Shown: positions 38,931-51,063 of the stretch, one piece after another
Layout of the letters: every line of letters starts with the position of its first letter
Numbering within the stretch: position 1 is the first letter of the stretch
Assembly: GCF_031769215.1 (NCBI RefSeq)
Contig: NW_026782072.1
Coordinates: forward strand, 744,001 to 808,000
Origin: Ylistrum balloti
Taxonomy: Eukaryota
Length of the DNA: 64,000 bases
Direction: 5' to 3'
Notes under the pieces: generated by a model
What the model was told of the DNA's origin: nothing
The model's database searches: none
What the model saw: only the letters and a program-made list of their open reading frames with translations
Translations under genes and position numbers: made by a program

Positions 38931-39659
38931 TGTGTGTACAACCAGGTAGCTCTTTTGTATACAGTAAAAACATGTTCAATCATTAACTAGTTTATATTTG
39001 ATTCATGTTATGATTTCAAAGTGTTTAATTTTAAAATAAGAAATTTTGAATACAATAAAAAGAAATGAAATGAAAAAAAAAATGATTTTAAGTGTTGAAA
39101 TAATTTTGTTGTAATTAAATATAAAGATGTATCAATTTTAGTAAATTAGATATTTGAAGTAAATAAAGCAATTTGACTGCATATTGTGTTTGTGTTTAAT
39201 GTTAAGTACACAGGATCAGTACCTGTATCCTGTTGCAATATTTGACTTCTTATGTTACTGTGAGTAGGGATAGTAGATGTGAATATCCATTCTACTTACA
39301 ATACAGCTGTGATATTTTTAGCCCACCATCTACTATTCAAATTGCCCTACGTCCCTCTGTCTGTCTGTTGTCTGAAAGCAATTTTTGTTATCAGTGTAAC
39401 TTGAGAAGTACTTGATGGAGGTGAAAAAATTGTATTGATGTTTCTCAAATTTTATGTATGTGCAATGTATCTATAGTCTATTTGGTACCCTAGTTATTGC
39501 CTTTCAATTTTGAGACAGAAGAAAATTGCTGAGGCTGAAAGGCAGCTGTCTTGAATTTTGTCAGTTAAACAGAGTACTTCTTTTGTTGATAAATGAAGTT
39601 ATATATTTCATCGCAAAGTGAAAGATATTAAAAGTTCCATCACTATGAGAAGAGATCAA

Positions 39660-41095
39660 CTATTCTTCACTTATTGTCCTCTTTCTTTAATATCTGACTT
39701 ATTGGTGTTATTCTTTAATACCTGACTTCTTGTCTTCCTCCTTTAATACCAGACTTCTTGTTGTCTTTCTTTAATACCTGACTTCTTGTCGTCCTCCTTT
39801 ATTATCTGTCTTATTGTCCTCTTTCTTTATTATCTGTCTTATTGTCCTCTTTCTTTATTATCTGTCTTATTGTCACCTTTCTTGATTATCTGTCTTATTG
39901 TCCCCATTCTTGATTATCTGTCTTATTGTCCCCATTCTTTATTATCTGTCTTATTGTCCCCTTTCTTTATTATCTGTCTTATTGTCCCCTTTCTTTATTA
40001 TCTGTCTTATTGTCACCTTTCTTTATTATCTGTCTTATTGTCCCCTTTCTTTATTATCTGTCTTATTGTCCTCTTTCTTTAATATCTGACTTATTGGTGT
40101 CTTTCTTTAATACCTGACTTCTTGTCGTCTTTCTGTATTATCTGTCTTATTGTCCCCTTTCTTTATTATCTGTCTGATTGTCCTCTTTCTTTATTATCTG
40201 TCTTATTGTCCCCTTTCTTTATTATCTGTCTTATTGTCGTCTTTCTTTATTATCTGTCTTATTGTCCTCTTTAATATCTGACGTATTGGTGTCTTTCTTT
40301 AATACCCGACTTCTTGTCCTCTTTCTTTATTATCTGTCTTATTGTCCCCTTTCTTTATTATCTGTCTTATTGTCCCCTTTCTTTATTATCTGTCTTATTG
40401 TCCCCTTTCTTTAATATCTGACTTATTGGTGTCTTTCTTTAATACCTGACTTCTTGTCGTCTTTCTTTATTATCTGACTTCTTGTCCCCTTCCTTTAATA
40501 TCTGACTTATTGGTGTCTTTCTTTAATACCCGACTTCTTGTCCTCTTTCTTTATTATCTGTCTTATTGTCCCCTTTCTTTATTATCTGTCTTATTGTCCC
40601 CTTTCTTTAATATCTGACTTATTGGTGTCTTTCTTTATTATCTGTCTTATTGTCCTCTTTCTTTATTATCTGTCTTATTGTCCCCTTTCTTTATTATCTG
40701 TCTTATTGTCCCCTTTCTTTATTATCTGTCTTATTGTCCCCTTTCTTATTGTCTTATTGTCCTCTTTCTTTAATATCTGACTTATTGGTGTCTTTCTTTA
40801 ATACCTGACTTCTTGTCGTCTTTCTTTATTATCTGACTTCTTGTCCCCTTTCTTTATTATCTGTCTTATTGTCCCCTTTCTTTATTATCTGTCTTATTGT
40901 CCTCTTTCTTTATTATCTGTCTTATTGTCCCCTTTCTTTATTATCTGTCTTATTGTCCTCTTTCTTTAATATCTGACTTATTGGTGTCTTTCTTTAATAC
41001 CTGACTTATTGTCCCCTTTCTTTATTATCTGTCTTATTGTCCCCTTTCTTTATTATCTGTCTTATTGTCCCCTTTCTTGATTGTCCGACTTACTG
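39660..41095. repeat. CT-rich 28-bp minisatellite (ttctttattatctgtcttattgtcccct) with variant units
   Basis: Period 28 read directly; explains the Leu/Ser/Phe-rich ORFs between 39786 and 40780. Confidence 0.96.
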
Positions 41096-41271
41096 TTTCT
41101 CTGATAATTTTTTTTGCCTCTCTAAATAATGGCCTGAAGTTCTATATTTTATAACTGGAAGATTATATTTGTTATATCGTTTCTATCTTCTGTATAAAGA
41201 TTTATTACATGCTGTCATGTGTGTATTAAGGTTTATTATATTTATTCTGTTGTGTCTGTCTTGTATATTAA

Positions 41272-41767
41272 TAGGCGTTTTATACTGTTAATTAATTGAT
41301 GTAGGCTAGGCGTTTTATACTGTTAATTAATTGATGTAGGCTAGGCGTTTTATACTGTTAATTAATTGATGTAGGCTAGGCGTTTTATACTGTAAATTAA
41401 CTGATGTAGGCTAGAGGTTTTAAACTGTTTATATACTGATGTAGGTTAGGCGTTTTATACTGTTTACTTACTGATGTAGGCTAAGTATTTTATACTGTTT
41501 ATTTACTGATGTAGCCAAGGCGTTTTATACTGTTTACTTACTGATGTAGGCTAAGCATTTTAAACTGTTTATATACTGATGTAGGTTAGGTGTTTTATAT
41601 TGTTTACTTACTGGTGTAGGCTAAGCATTTTAAACTGTTTACATACTGATTAAGGCTAGGCGTTTTATACTGTTTACTTACTGATGTAGGCTGGGCGTTT
41701 TATACTGTTTATATACTGATGTAGGCTAGGCGTTTTATACTGTTCATATACTGATGTAGGCTAGGCC
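41272..41767. repeat. 35-bp minisatellite (taggcgttttatactgtt.a.t.a.tgatgtaggc), about 14 copies
   Basis: Period 35 (41272, 41307, ...). Confidence 0.95.
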
Positions 41768-41999
41768 TACTGTCTTGCTGACTTTATCTCCTTATGCTCG
41801 GATTATGTTCACCTCTTCACAACTTTCTGCCCTCTGAGCGATCGCTGATCCATAAATCCACGTGATATTTAATCAATCACTTATTTGTTTTGTTTATTTC
41901 TCAGCAAGTTTCAATCACAGTTTACCCTATAGACCAGCATTTAATCTGTTTATGGAGAATTTTGGAAAACGATAACATGTTTAACAATTTAGATACAAA

Positions 42000-42079
42000 T
42001 TTCTTATGTACTGAAAGAAACTTAACGTATGTACTTTGCAATAAGTACATACGTTAAGTTTCTTTCAGTACATAAGAAA
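42000..42079. other. Perfect inverted repeat, 37-bp arms, 6-nt loop
   Basis: 42000-42036 is the exact reverse complement of 42043-42079; loop tgcaat. Confidence 0.95.
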
Positions 42080-42296
42080 CTTGAAGCAATCATGTTCTTA
42101 ATCAGTCGGGCGCTGATTTACTATCAGCGTTGACAAAATATAATGTGTATATCGGGGATATATCGGACAGCAGCCTCTTTTCTCAGGAAAAACGTGTTTC
42201 CTGAGTCGGTAACGTCAGCATGGCATTTTGTACATGGATATGATTAGATAATAGGCATATGAAAATACCAAGAGCCGAAATAGTTTATCATCCGCC

Positions 42297-43848
42297 TGTC
42301 AGGGTGTGATGGCAGATACCAACGACTCAACAGTCAGGGTGTGATGGCAGATACCAACGACTCAACAGTCAGGGTGTGATGGCAGATACCAACGACTCAA
42401 CAGTCAGGTGTGATGGCAGATACCAACGACTCAACAGTCAGGGTGTGATGGCAGACACCAACGACTCAACAGTCAGGGTGTGATGGGTGTGATGGCAGAT
42501 ACCAACGACTCAACAGTCAGTGTGTGATGGCAGATACCAACGACTCAACAGTCAGTGTGTGGTGGCAGATACCAACGACTCAACAGTCAGGGTGTGATGG
42601 CAGATACCAACGACTCAACAGTCAGTGTGTGATGGCAGATACCAACGACTCAACAGTCAGTGTGTGATGGCAGATACCAACGACTCAACAGTCAGGGTGT
42701 GATGGCAGATACCAACGACTCAACAGTCAGGGTGTGATGGCAGATACCAACGACTCAACAGTCAGGTGTGATGGCAGATACCAACGACTCAACAGTCAGG
42801 GTGTGATGGCAGACACCAACGACTCAACAGTCAGGGTGTGATGGGTGTGATGGCAGATACCAACGACTCAACAGTCAGTGTGTGATGGCAGATACCAACG
42901 ACTCAACAGTCAGTGTGTGGTGGCAGATACCAACGACTCAACAGTCAGTGTGTGATGGCAGATACCAACGACTCAACAGTCAGTGTGTGATGGCAGATAC
43001 CAACGACTCAACAGTCAGTGTGTGATGGCAGATACCAACGACTCAACAGTCAGTGTGTGGTGGCAGATACCAACGACTCAACAGTCAGGGTGTGATGGCA
43101 GATACCAACGACTCAACAGTCAGTGTGTGATGGCAGATACCAACGACTCAACAGTCAGGGTGTGATGGCAGATACCAACGACTCAACAGTCAGGGTGTGA
43201 TGGCAGATACCAACGACTCAACAGTCAGTGTGTGATGGCAGATACCAACGACTCAACAGTCAGGGTGTGATGGCAGATACCAACGACTCAACAGCCAGGG
43301 TGTGATGGCAGATACCAACGACTCAACAGTCAGTGTGTGATGGCATATACCAACGACTCAACAGTCAGGGTGTGATGGCAGATACAAACGACTCAACAGT
43401 CAGTGTGTGATGGCAGATACCAACGACTCAACAGTCAGGGTGTGATGGCAGATACCAACGACTCAACAGTCAGGTGTGATGGCAGATACCAACGACTCAA
43501 CAGTCAGGGTGTGATGGCAGACACCAACGACTCAACAGTCAGGGTGTGATGGGTGTGATGGCAGATACCAACGACTCAACAGTCAGTGTGTGATGGCAGA
43601 TACCAACGACTCAACAGTCAGTGTGTGGTGGCAGATACCAACGACTCAACAGTCAGTGTGTGATGGCAGATACCAACGACTCAACAGTCAGTGTGTGATG
43701 GGTGTGATGGCAGATACCAACGACTCAACAGTCAGTGTGTGATGGCAGATACCAACGACTCAACAGTCAGTGTGTGGTGGCAGATACCAACGACTCAACA
43801 GTCAGGGTGTGATGGCATTTTGATACCAACGACTCAACAGATATATAT
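42297..43848. repeat. 35-bp minisatellite (gtcagggtgtgatggcagataccaacgactcaaca), about 44 copies, running into the assembly gap
   Basis: Period 35, highly homogeneous; the true length may be larger because of the gap. Confidence 0.98.
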
Positions 43849-43861
43849 ATTGAACTATTTG

Positions 43862-44103
43862 NNNNNNNNNNNNNNNNNNNNNNNNNNNNNNNNNNNNNNN
43901 NNNNNNNNNNNNNNNNNNNNNNNNNNNNNNNNNNNNNNNNNNNNNNNNNNNNNNNNNNNNNNNNNNNNNNNNNNNNNNNNNNNNNNNNNNNNNNNNNNNN
44001 NNNNNNNNNNNNNNNNNNNNNNNNNNNNNNNNNNNNNNNNNNNNNNNNNNNNNNNNNNNNNNNNNNNNNNNNNNNNNNNNNNNNNNNNNNNNNNNNNNNN
44101 NNN
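43862..44103. other. Assembly gap (242 N)
   Basis: Run of N. Confidence 1.
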
Positions 44104-44259
44104 ATGAAGCTTCTGGGCTTTGCTTCATTAAGTTCTATTGGTCCGCTTTCACATTCCACGTCTGGTTTTAGAATCCGACGACTTAAATATGTTAAGAGAG
44201 GTTGACAATCCCGGGGGATGGGTAGGTTCTCTGAGACGTGTTGGCGAGTCTCTTTCAAT

Positions 44260-44418
44260 CTACCACAACAAGCCATTTGGCGTACAGAGAGTTTGGCAGT
44301 CTTTGTCGTTGGGCAGACATTCTGAGATTTGTTGGTGAGGGCGGACATTCTCCAGACAGTGTGTGTAGCCTCTTGGTGGACATTGCTGTATCTCCATAAA
44401 CATACATGTCTCGCTTGT
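44260..44418 (-). CDS. Candidate terminal exon of the bHLH gene (TSETCMFMEIQQCPP...TPNGLLW*)
   Basis: tttctattgcag acceptor; phase 0 fits the cag|gtaggt donor at 46068/46067. Another frame here is also open up to the gap, so the assignment is uncertain. Confidence 0.4.
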   Translation of the reverse strand, partial: TSETCMFMEIQQCPPRGYTHCLENVRPHQQISECLPNDKDCQTLCTPNGLLW

Positions 44419-46031
44419 CTGCAATAGAAACCATTGTTAAAGTTACATGAAACGATTAAAAAAATCCTAGCTCATATATATACGTTTAATTAATAATCAC
44501 AATGATTTAAAAGTAACGAATCGATTAGAAATATCTAGCTCGATACCGGACATTGCCATTTCGATACATCTGTATACATTAATGTAGAACTAGGAATACT
44601 ACTTGACTAATGAGTGATTTGTATGGATTATTACACAAATCGACAGGTAAGCTAAACCCTAACTCTGACTCGATATCGACAAAATGGGGGTAAAATACAG
44701 ATTACACTATCCTGCTGTAGGAAATTAGTTCAACCCAAACCATTCCACGTACCCAAAATGAGAATCGAGGTAAAACAACGACATCATATGCAGATCTACA
44801 ACATCTCCCAATAGGATCTGTTTATCCCCCATTGTACTTAATTGACTTGAATCTCTTGAAATTTTTTGTTGTATATGTTTTGTTTACTGTTCATATCTAT
44901 ATAGGGAATCATAATATTGCTATAATTTCCTTGTATCGCAACGGATACCACACGGATCGTATAAAGCTGTGTAATAAAGTACCACCACGGATCGTATAAA
45001 GCTATGTATCGAAGTATCCGCATTTGTAAATTTTTGAAGTGAACGTTTTTTGTTTTGTTTTTTTAAATTAATTTCTCGATCAACTGATTTCGACGCATGA
45101 TGATTATTATAATACGTTACAGTGTAGGAGAGTTATAGCGAAAAACACATTCTGGATCAGGCGCTGACATTTTGTTTTAGGCATGAACGATATTGAAAAA
45201 ATGGGAAACTTAAGTCACGTCGTTTATAACGCATTTGAACACTATTATTAGATGGTGAGTCATTCAAATCACACTATTTCATCCGTACATTGATCTTAAG
45301 TTCTTTAGACCTAAGTATATCTATTCAATGAAAATAAAGATTGATCGGGAAAACAAAATGGCCGACAGGGAGCCATATTGAAGATTGAATTCAAAGTTTG
45401 TTATTGCTGGTTTTGGACGCACAGAAAGGATCTTTCTTAAATGTTATCATTATGTAGGTTCCTTAGAGCGTAGTGGTGTCTGACTAATTATATAACTGTT
45501 CAGGGGAATAAAAGAGAGAGAACTTACAAAGTTTAGGGTTTTCTTTAAATTTTCAACTTTAGACTGATCAGAAAAGCGAAATGGTTTAAAGGCAACCGAG
45601 GATTTTGAAAACTAAACAGAGGACATCCTGTGTATCTTGATAAATCGCGTTATGATTAATCTCGTTGGATGAAAACTTTGATATTTTTGACAAGTGAAAA
45701 ATATCAACGTTTCCACCCCATGATATGAGCAATACAACTGTTGTTCACTCATCGACTTATTAAACTGTTTCTCAAGTGTCTTGCTTATTGCACTGAATCA
45801 GGCGGGGATATTTTGTTTTACGTCGTGAACGATACCGTGAGAACGGGAAACACATATCATAAACTTCTCGGTAAGCTGTCCCATTTACGTGGAATGCTTT
45901 GCTTTATATTATGACATCAGGGAAGGGGAAAGCTTGACGGACGTAACATGAAATGCTCGAACCCGGAAATAAAGTAAAATATGAAAAAAGTTGTTGCATG
46001 CGAAAGCAATCAAAATGAAATACAGCTCGAT

Positions 46032-46523
46032 TTAAAAGTTTGAAGTAACTGTAATTGTTGGACCTACCTGTAACTGAGACTGGCGGAAATTAAAGTCTTC
46101 CTGGTTTCCGGGGACATGGAGTGTGTTGTTAAGGCTATTTTCATACCAGCCACACAAATCTTGACGTTCCGTAAGAATGTTTTCATTGACGTCAGATCGG
46201 AATGAGGTAGTTGGTGACGTCTCGTCCAGTATGTCAGCTAAGACTCTAATGTAGCGTGCCGCGCCGTAAAGAATTCCAACTTTCGATGCACGATCACTAG
46301 TCTCTCCAATGAACGGGACATGTTTCCTTAACAGTTGAAAAGCGTCGTTCATGGCCTCGACTCTCTTGCGTTCCCGTGTGTTCCGGTGAAGAACATACTC
46401 CGGGGATCTCTGCGAGTGAGGAACATGGCGTCTTTTGCGTGTCTTATTTTTCAGTTTAGGAAATGAAAACTGGCATGATCCGAATAGAGAACTATCAAAC
46501 ATATTCTGTAATGTATTGACCAT
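46032..46523 (-). CDS. Group A bHLH transcription factor, achaete-scute-like (divergent)
   Basis: RNTRERKRVEAMNDAFQLLRKHVP...SKVGILYGAARYIRVL. The RNxRERxRV basic region is closest to the ASC family. May splice at 46068 instead of reading to the stop at 46032. Confidence 0.88.
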   Translation of the reverse strand: MVNTLQNMFDSSLFGSCQFSFPKLKNKTRKRRHVPHSQRSPEYVLHRNTRERKRVEAMNDAFQLLRKHVPFIGETSDRASKVGILYGAARYIRVLADILDETSPTTSFRSDVNENILTERQDLCGWYENSLNNTLHVPGNQEDFNFRQSQLQVGPTITVTSNF

Positions 46524-47774
46524 CCTTGAAAGGTAGTTTATACCGGAACAGTTTCAGATAGAAATCTCAGAACATGCTCACAGCTTTATACGATACCACT
46601 AATGTTTCCTCAATAGTTTATTTAAACCATCTTTAAATGTATCATACAAGTACTTCTCAATTTCCCATGCTGTCAAACCCCACTAAAATTGGCATTTTTA
46701 ATCAAACACGCATTTTTGAATGCAAAACGTTCACGAAAAAAATTGACCATTTAATTTTGACATAGGTGAAAGTAAATTGTGCCTAGTAAGAGCTGGTGTG
46801 AAATCCTTAACCTCCTGTGGTCTTCAGTAGAGACACAAGTGATTGTCTTGATAGAAAATTCCCTAATTATTAAATTACCCTATTATTCAGCTTAAATGAT
46901 CTAGCCAATATCGGCTCACAAACAGGTGAGACGGCCATTATTGCGCTGGACAATGCCGGTGTGCCTCCTGGCGACCGGCGAAGTTAAACTGATCAGGAAA
47001 GGTGATGACATGTGATGACCGTACGGACTGTTCACTGACGAACAATACAAGGACAAATATTCTCCCCGAACTGACCACTGAAGGACAACTAGTGGACACC
47101 TATCCCGTGGATGTCTTTGAAAAACCAGGTCAATTTATCGGACGGTCTCAGATTCTATAATTGATTAATTTTCAAACATTAGTTTTGACCACATTGTACA
47201 TGTTGTAGCGTTGATATCATAAATCTTCCCCAGATATTCTCGTGTTCCCAGCTTTATGTACAATGTATATCCGTCAACAGATCAACAATCAAAGACAACC
47301 AACAAATAAGTAAATAAATAGATAGATAATTAAATGAATAAAAAAAAAAAAAAAACAAAATTAGATAAATAAGTTGTACTTTGTTTATTGGCATTTATTA
47401 GTTATCACTGTTATATTTACATTTCGATTTCGACGACCAATATAATGTATGACAGAATTTCGTTGACTGCTCTGACTTACTACCAGTACACCAATGAAAG
47501 GGACTACCCCAACCACACAGTCTAAAGTACACCTAATATATCATTTCGGTGATGTCGTACGGCGATGATACAACCCGTATTTTTATTATTTATGTCTTTA
47601 TTGTAGGACATTTGAACACTGCACTATCAACGTATCATTGTAAACTCGGAAGTTGCGTGCTACATAAGCTTTCTTAAATAGCTTACATTAGTTGTTACTT
47701 TCTGATTTGTCATATTCTGTAATTTCGACAAGCACGTGTACATCAAATAATCCCATTTCAGGACTTAATGAATG

Positions 47775-48325
47775 ACGACATTGTGTAACATTAAAATGTT
47801 TATAAATATCGACATTATGTACAACAGGACTTTGTGTAATATAACAAGACTTGTAAATATCTACATAATATATCATAGGGACTTTGTGTAATGTAACAAG
47901 GCTTGTAAATATCTACATAATATATCATAGGGACTTTGTGTAATGTAACAAGGCTTGTAAATATCTACATAATATATAATAGGGACTTTGTGTAATGTAA
48001 CAAGGCTTGTAAATATCGACATTATATACAACAGGGACTTTGTGTAATGTAACAAGGCTTGTAAATATCGACATTATATACAACAGGGACTTTGTGTAAT
48101 GTAACAAGGCTTGTAAATATCGACATTATATATCATAGGGACTTTGTGTAATGTAACAAGGCTTGTAAATATCGACATTATATACCACAGGACTTTGTGT
48201 AATGTAACAAGGCTTGTAAATATCGACATTATATACCACAGGACTTTGTGTAATGTAACAAGGCTTGTAAATATCGACATTATATACCACAGGACTTTGT
48301 GTAATATGACTTGGTTTGTTTATAC
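47775..48325. repeat. 52-bp minisatellite, about 10 copies, directly after the WSC gene stop codon
   Basis: ggactttgtgtaatgtaacaaggcttgtaaatatcgacattatatacaaca, period 52. Confidence 0.95.
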
Positions 48326-48330
48326 CGACG

Positions 48331-49746
48331 TTAGGTAATATCAGGACTTTCTGTAGTTCTAGCTACACCAAGCTCTGCCCGTATCGCAGCCATGGAGTCA
48401 TAATCACCCATCAGTCTCTGTTCTGTCCGTCTTTGGAGGTCCGTCTGTCCTAAACAGTCGTACGTACCCTCATTCTGTCTACACGTACTGTCATATTGTC
48501 CCTCTTGATCATCTGTTTGGGCGTGTGACACTCCCCCAGAAGCTACACCATCATACACACTACTAACATTTGGTTCATAACGATAATCTTCCCGTGACGT
48601 ACTTTCACGCTGAGGAGGTGGACAGGATACCCCCGAATATGTTCCCGTATGTTTGTCTTGAAGAGAAGTGGATTTCGAGTTGGACGAACACAAGGAACTA
48701 AGACACATACCAACTTTCTTTTTAATATAGTTTTTCTTGTACTTCCAAGCGGCGACAGAAGCAACGATTAATAAAATCGCTATTACACCCACCGTGATCC
48801 CAACTCCAAGTGCGTGTCCGTCTTCTGATGTTTGTCTGTCTCGTCCGACCAGAGATCCATTGTATATACACAAAGCTCTAAGGCTACAATCACAAGGTTT
48901 GCTGGTTAATGTATTCGCAGGTATGTTCGACGCTAAACATATGTTTGTGTTATACGGATGTGTTTTATCCAACTGAACTCCATATAGATATTTTACATTT
49001 TGTCTTCGTGTATATTTTCTAGAAATGTCTACATTGATATATTGCACTCTACCATGACAGGAAAATCCCAGTGACTGGCTCTCACCCTCTCTCCGAAACT
49101 TGGGTCGATATGATTTTGTACAAACCAATCTATCGTCAACGTCACACTTTTCACATTCAATCTCAAAATTATTTCCACAATCTTGACTCCATGAACTTCT
49201 CGAAGAAGGACGAAGATGTAGAGAAATATTTTCGTACTTACACAGACATGCCCGTTCATTAGTTATGGATGTACCACAAAAACCTCCCTTGGTTCCAGGA
49301 CACAATTTCCCCTCACATTTACTTGAAGACAACATAATAACATTGGTGCTATTCCGGCGATCACACATACAGTATACATCTGAGACGTAAAAAGCAGGCG
49401 CGTTCTGTGAACTGCAAATCTTGGAACATTCTAATATGGCGTCACCTGTCGTTGATAATTTGGTTGCTTCTGAAAGGGTCCAATTGCTACCAAAGCAACC
49501 GAAAAAGTCAATCCAATCAACATTGTGAGTGATAGGGGATTCACCTTCAATCCATACGTACGACGATCGAGTTGGTGGACTCGGGTTCCAATGGAGTACC
49601 TCCGAGCGGAGAGCTCTGCTGCCGACCAAATTACACAAACTGTTTGATTCATGCCACGTCTGGAAAGACCAAGACAAGGTCAAATTAACAGCCAGACAGG
49701 TGTTTATGAAAGCTAAGATCATAACTGAAACACTAATCATTTTCAT
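48331..49746 (-). CDS. Intronless type I membrane protein: signal peptide, WSC domain, second Cys-rich module, TM helix, Tyr-motif cytoplasmic tail (471 aa from ATG 49746)
   Basis: Signal-like MKMISVSVMILAFINTCLA; WSC pattern FFGCF..CSKIC..FYV...CMC..C....CPG....CG; TM ALGVGITVGVIAILLIVASVAAW followed by KYKK. The track start at 49806 is a GTG. Confidence 0.85.
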   Translation of the reverse strand: MKMISVSVMILAFINTCLAVNLTLSWSFQTWHESNSLCNLVGSRALRSEVLHWNPSPPTRSSYVWIEGESPITHNVDWIDFFGCFGSNWTLSEATKLSTTGDAILECSKICSSQNAPAFYVSDVYCMCDRRNSTNVIMLSSSKCEGKLCPGTKGGFCGTSITNERACLCKYENISLHLRPSSRSSWSQDCGNNFEIECEKCDVDDRLVCTKSYRPKFRREGESQSLGFSCHGRVQYINVDISRKYTRRQNVKYLYGVQLDKTHPYNTNICLASNIPANTLTSKPCDCSLRALCIYNGSLVGRDRQTSEDGHALGVGITVGVIAILLIVASVAAWKYKKNYIKKKVGMCLSSLCSSNSKSTSLQDKHTGTYSGVSCPPPQRESTSREDYRYEPNVSSVYDGVASGGVSHAQTDDQEGQYDSTCRQNEGTYDCLGQTDLQRRTEQRLMGDYDSMAAIRAELGVARTTESPDIT

Positions 49747-49943
49747 TTTTGGTGTAAATTTTAAGTCAGTTGTATTATAACGCACTATGTACAGGATTAA
49801 ATCCACGAAGTCCTTAACGCTGTGTCCTGTTGAAGTGTGATCAGGTGATTTATTGTATGATCCACTTCACGAAGCACTTCTTCCTATGTTGTTAAGTGTG
49901 TATGCAAATTATAACTATGGAGTCCTAGATGTTTCGGTTTGTC

Positions 49944-50484
49944 AATAAACGGATTACTTCAACTTATTATTTATATACATATAAAAATAAAACACATATT
50001 GTAATATAACAATATAACACCATTGTTAGCTAATTATACGGACAAGATGTCTAAGTTATGTTGTTCCGTATCCGTACAATGAACATGACGTATTTCATTC
50101 CATAACCGGGCAAATTTTGTTTTATGTCCCGTAAGTTCTAGATCGCGTCAGTGACATGATATGATGTCTTGCTATTGAGCTGGGGCACTGGACCGAATAT
50201 GATGTCTCGCTAGTTAATAAACGAATTACTTCAACTTATTATTTATATACATATAAAAATAAAACACATATGGTAATATAACAATATAACACCATTGTTA
50301 GCTAATTATACGGACAAGATGTCTAAGTTATGTTGTTCCGTATCCGTACAATGAACATGACGTATTTCCTTCCATAACCGGGCAAATTTTGTTTTATGTC
50401 CCGTAAGTTCTAGATCGCGTCAGTGACATGATATGATGTCTTGCTATTGAGCTGGGGCACTGGACCGAATATGATGTCTCGCTA
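49944..50484. repeat. Recent 272-bp tandem duplication upstream of the WSC gene
   Basis: 49944-50212 and 50216-50484 are near-identical with a few substitutions. Confidence 0.95.
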
Positions 50485-51063
50485 TTTATCTGGAGTCCTA
50501 TACAGAATACTATGTATCGCTAATTAACATGGAGTAATGACCTTGTTTTAGACTAATTCTTTCAAACTGTCTTATTTTCTGCAAATTTGGAATTGGAATG
50601 GTTTCTACTCTGGCCTTAATGTTATGTTATATCATAAACCTGGCTACCGGAAGGCCCATATTGGCACCAAAGAAATCTGCCTTCAGTCAGACACTACTCA
50701 TTTCCATCAGCCTCAGCTTTCACTTTCGATCCTTGGTAATATATATTTCTGGTCAGTAAATGTCATCGGACAGAAATGAATCGTCCAAAGTTACCTCCCT
50801 TTGGTCCAAAGATACGTGTGGTGTTTGTTATCGCAAATACTGTTTTCGTCATATAAAAATGTTCGATTTTTAAACTTCAAAAAGAGTTTAATACGTTGGC
50901 GTTGATCTTTTTATTCTGATTATCGTCATTTTTCATATAAAATAACTAACATCATGAATCCGTTTTTTGAGTGACGATAAAGTTTTTCCTCTGATCCAAA
51001 ACTTTGTCAGAAAATCTGGTGGAGATAGTAGCCACTGAAATGTCAGAAAGAAATGTCTAAGAA

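Noticed and set aside
39786-40780. Hydrophobic membrane-like ORFs
   Set aside because: Generated by the CT-rich 28-bp minisatellite.
42297-43848. CRISPR-like regular 35-bp repeats
   Set aside because: Units are directly adjacent with no unique spacers, the context is eukaryotic, and there are no cas genes. The same applies to all other arrays here.
41272-43848. Common inverted origin of the two 35-bp satellites flanking the palindrome
   Set aside because: Best ungapped comparison by hand gave about 13 of 35 matches, not convincingly above chance.
44105-44417. Alternative open frame ending LPIPRDCQPLLTYL, vaguely SOCS-box-like
   Set aside because: Poor fit to the BC-box consensus, wrong phase for the bHLH donor, and cut by the gap; cannot be supported.
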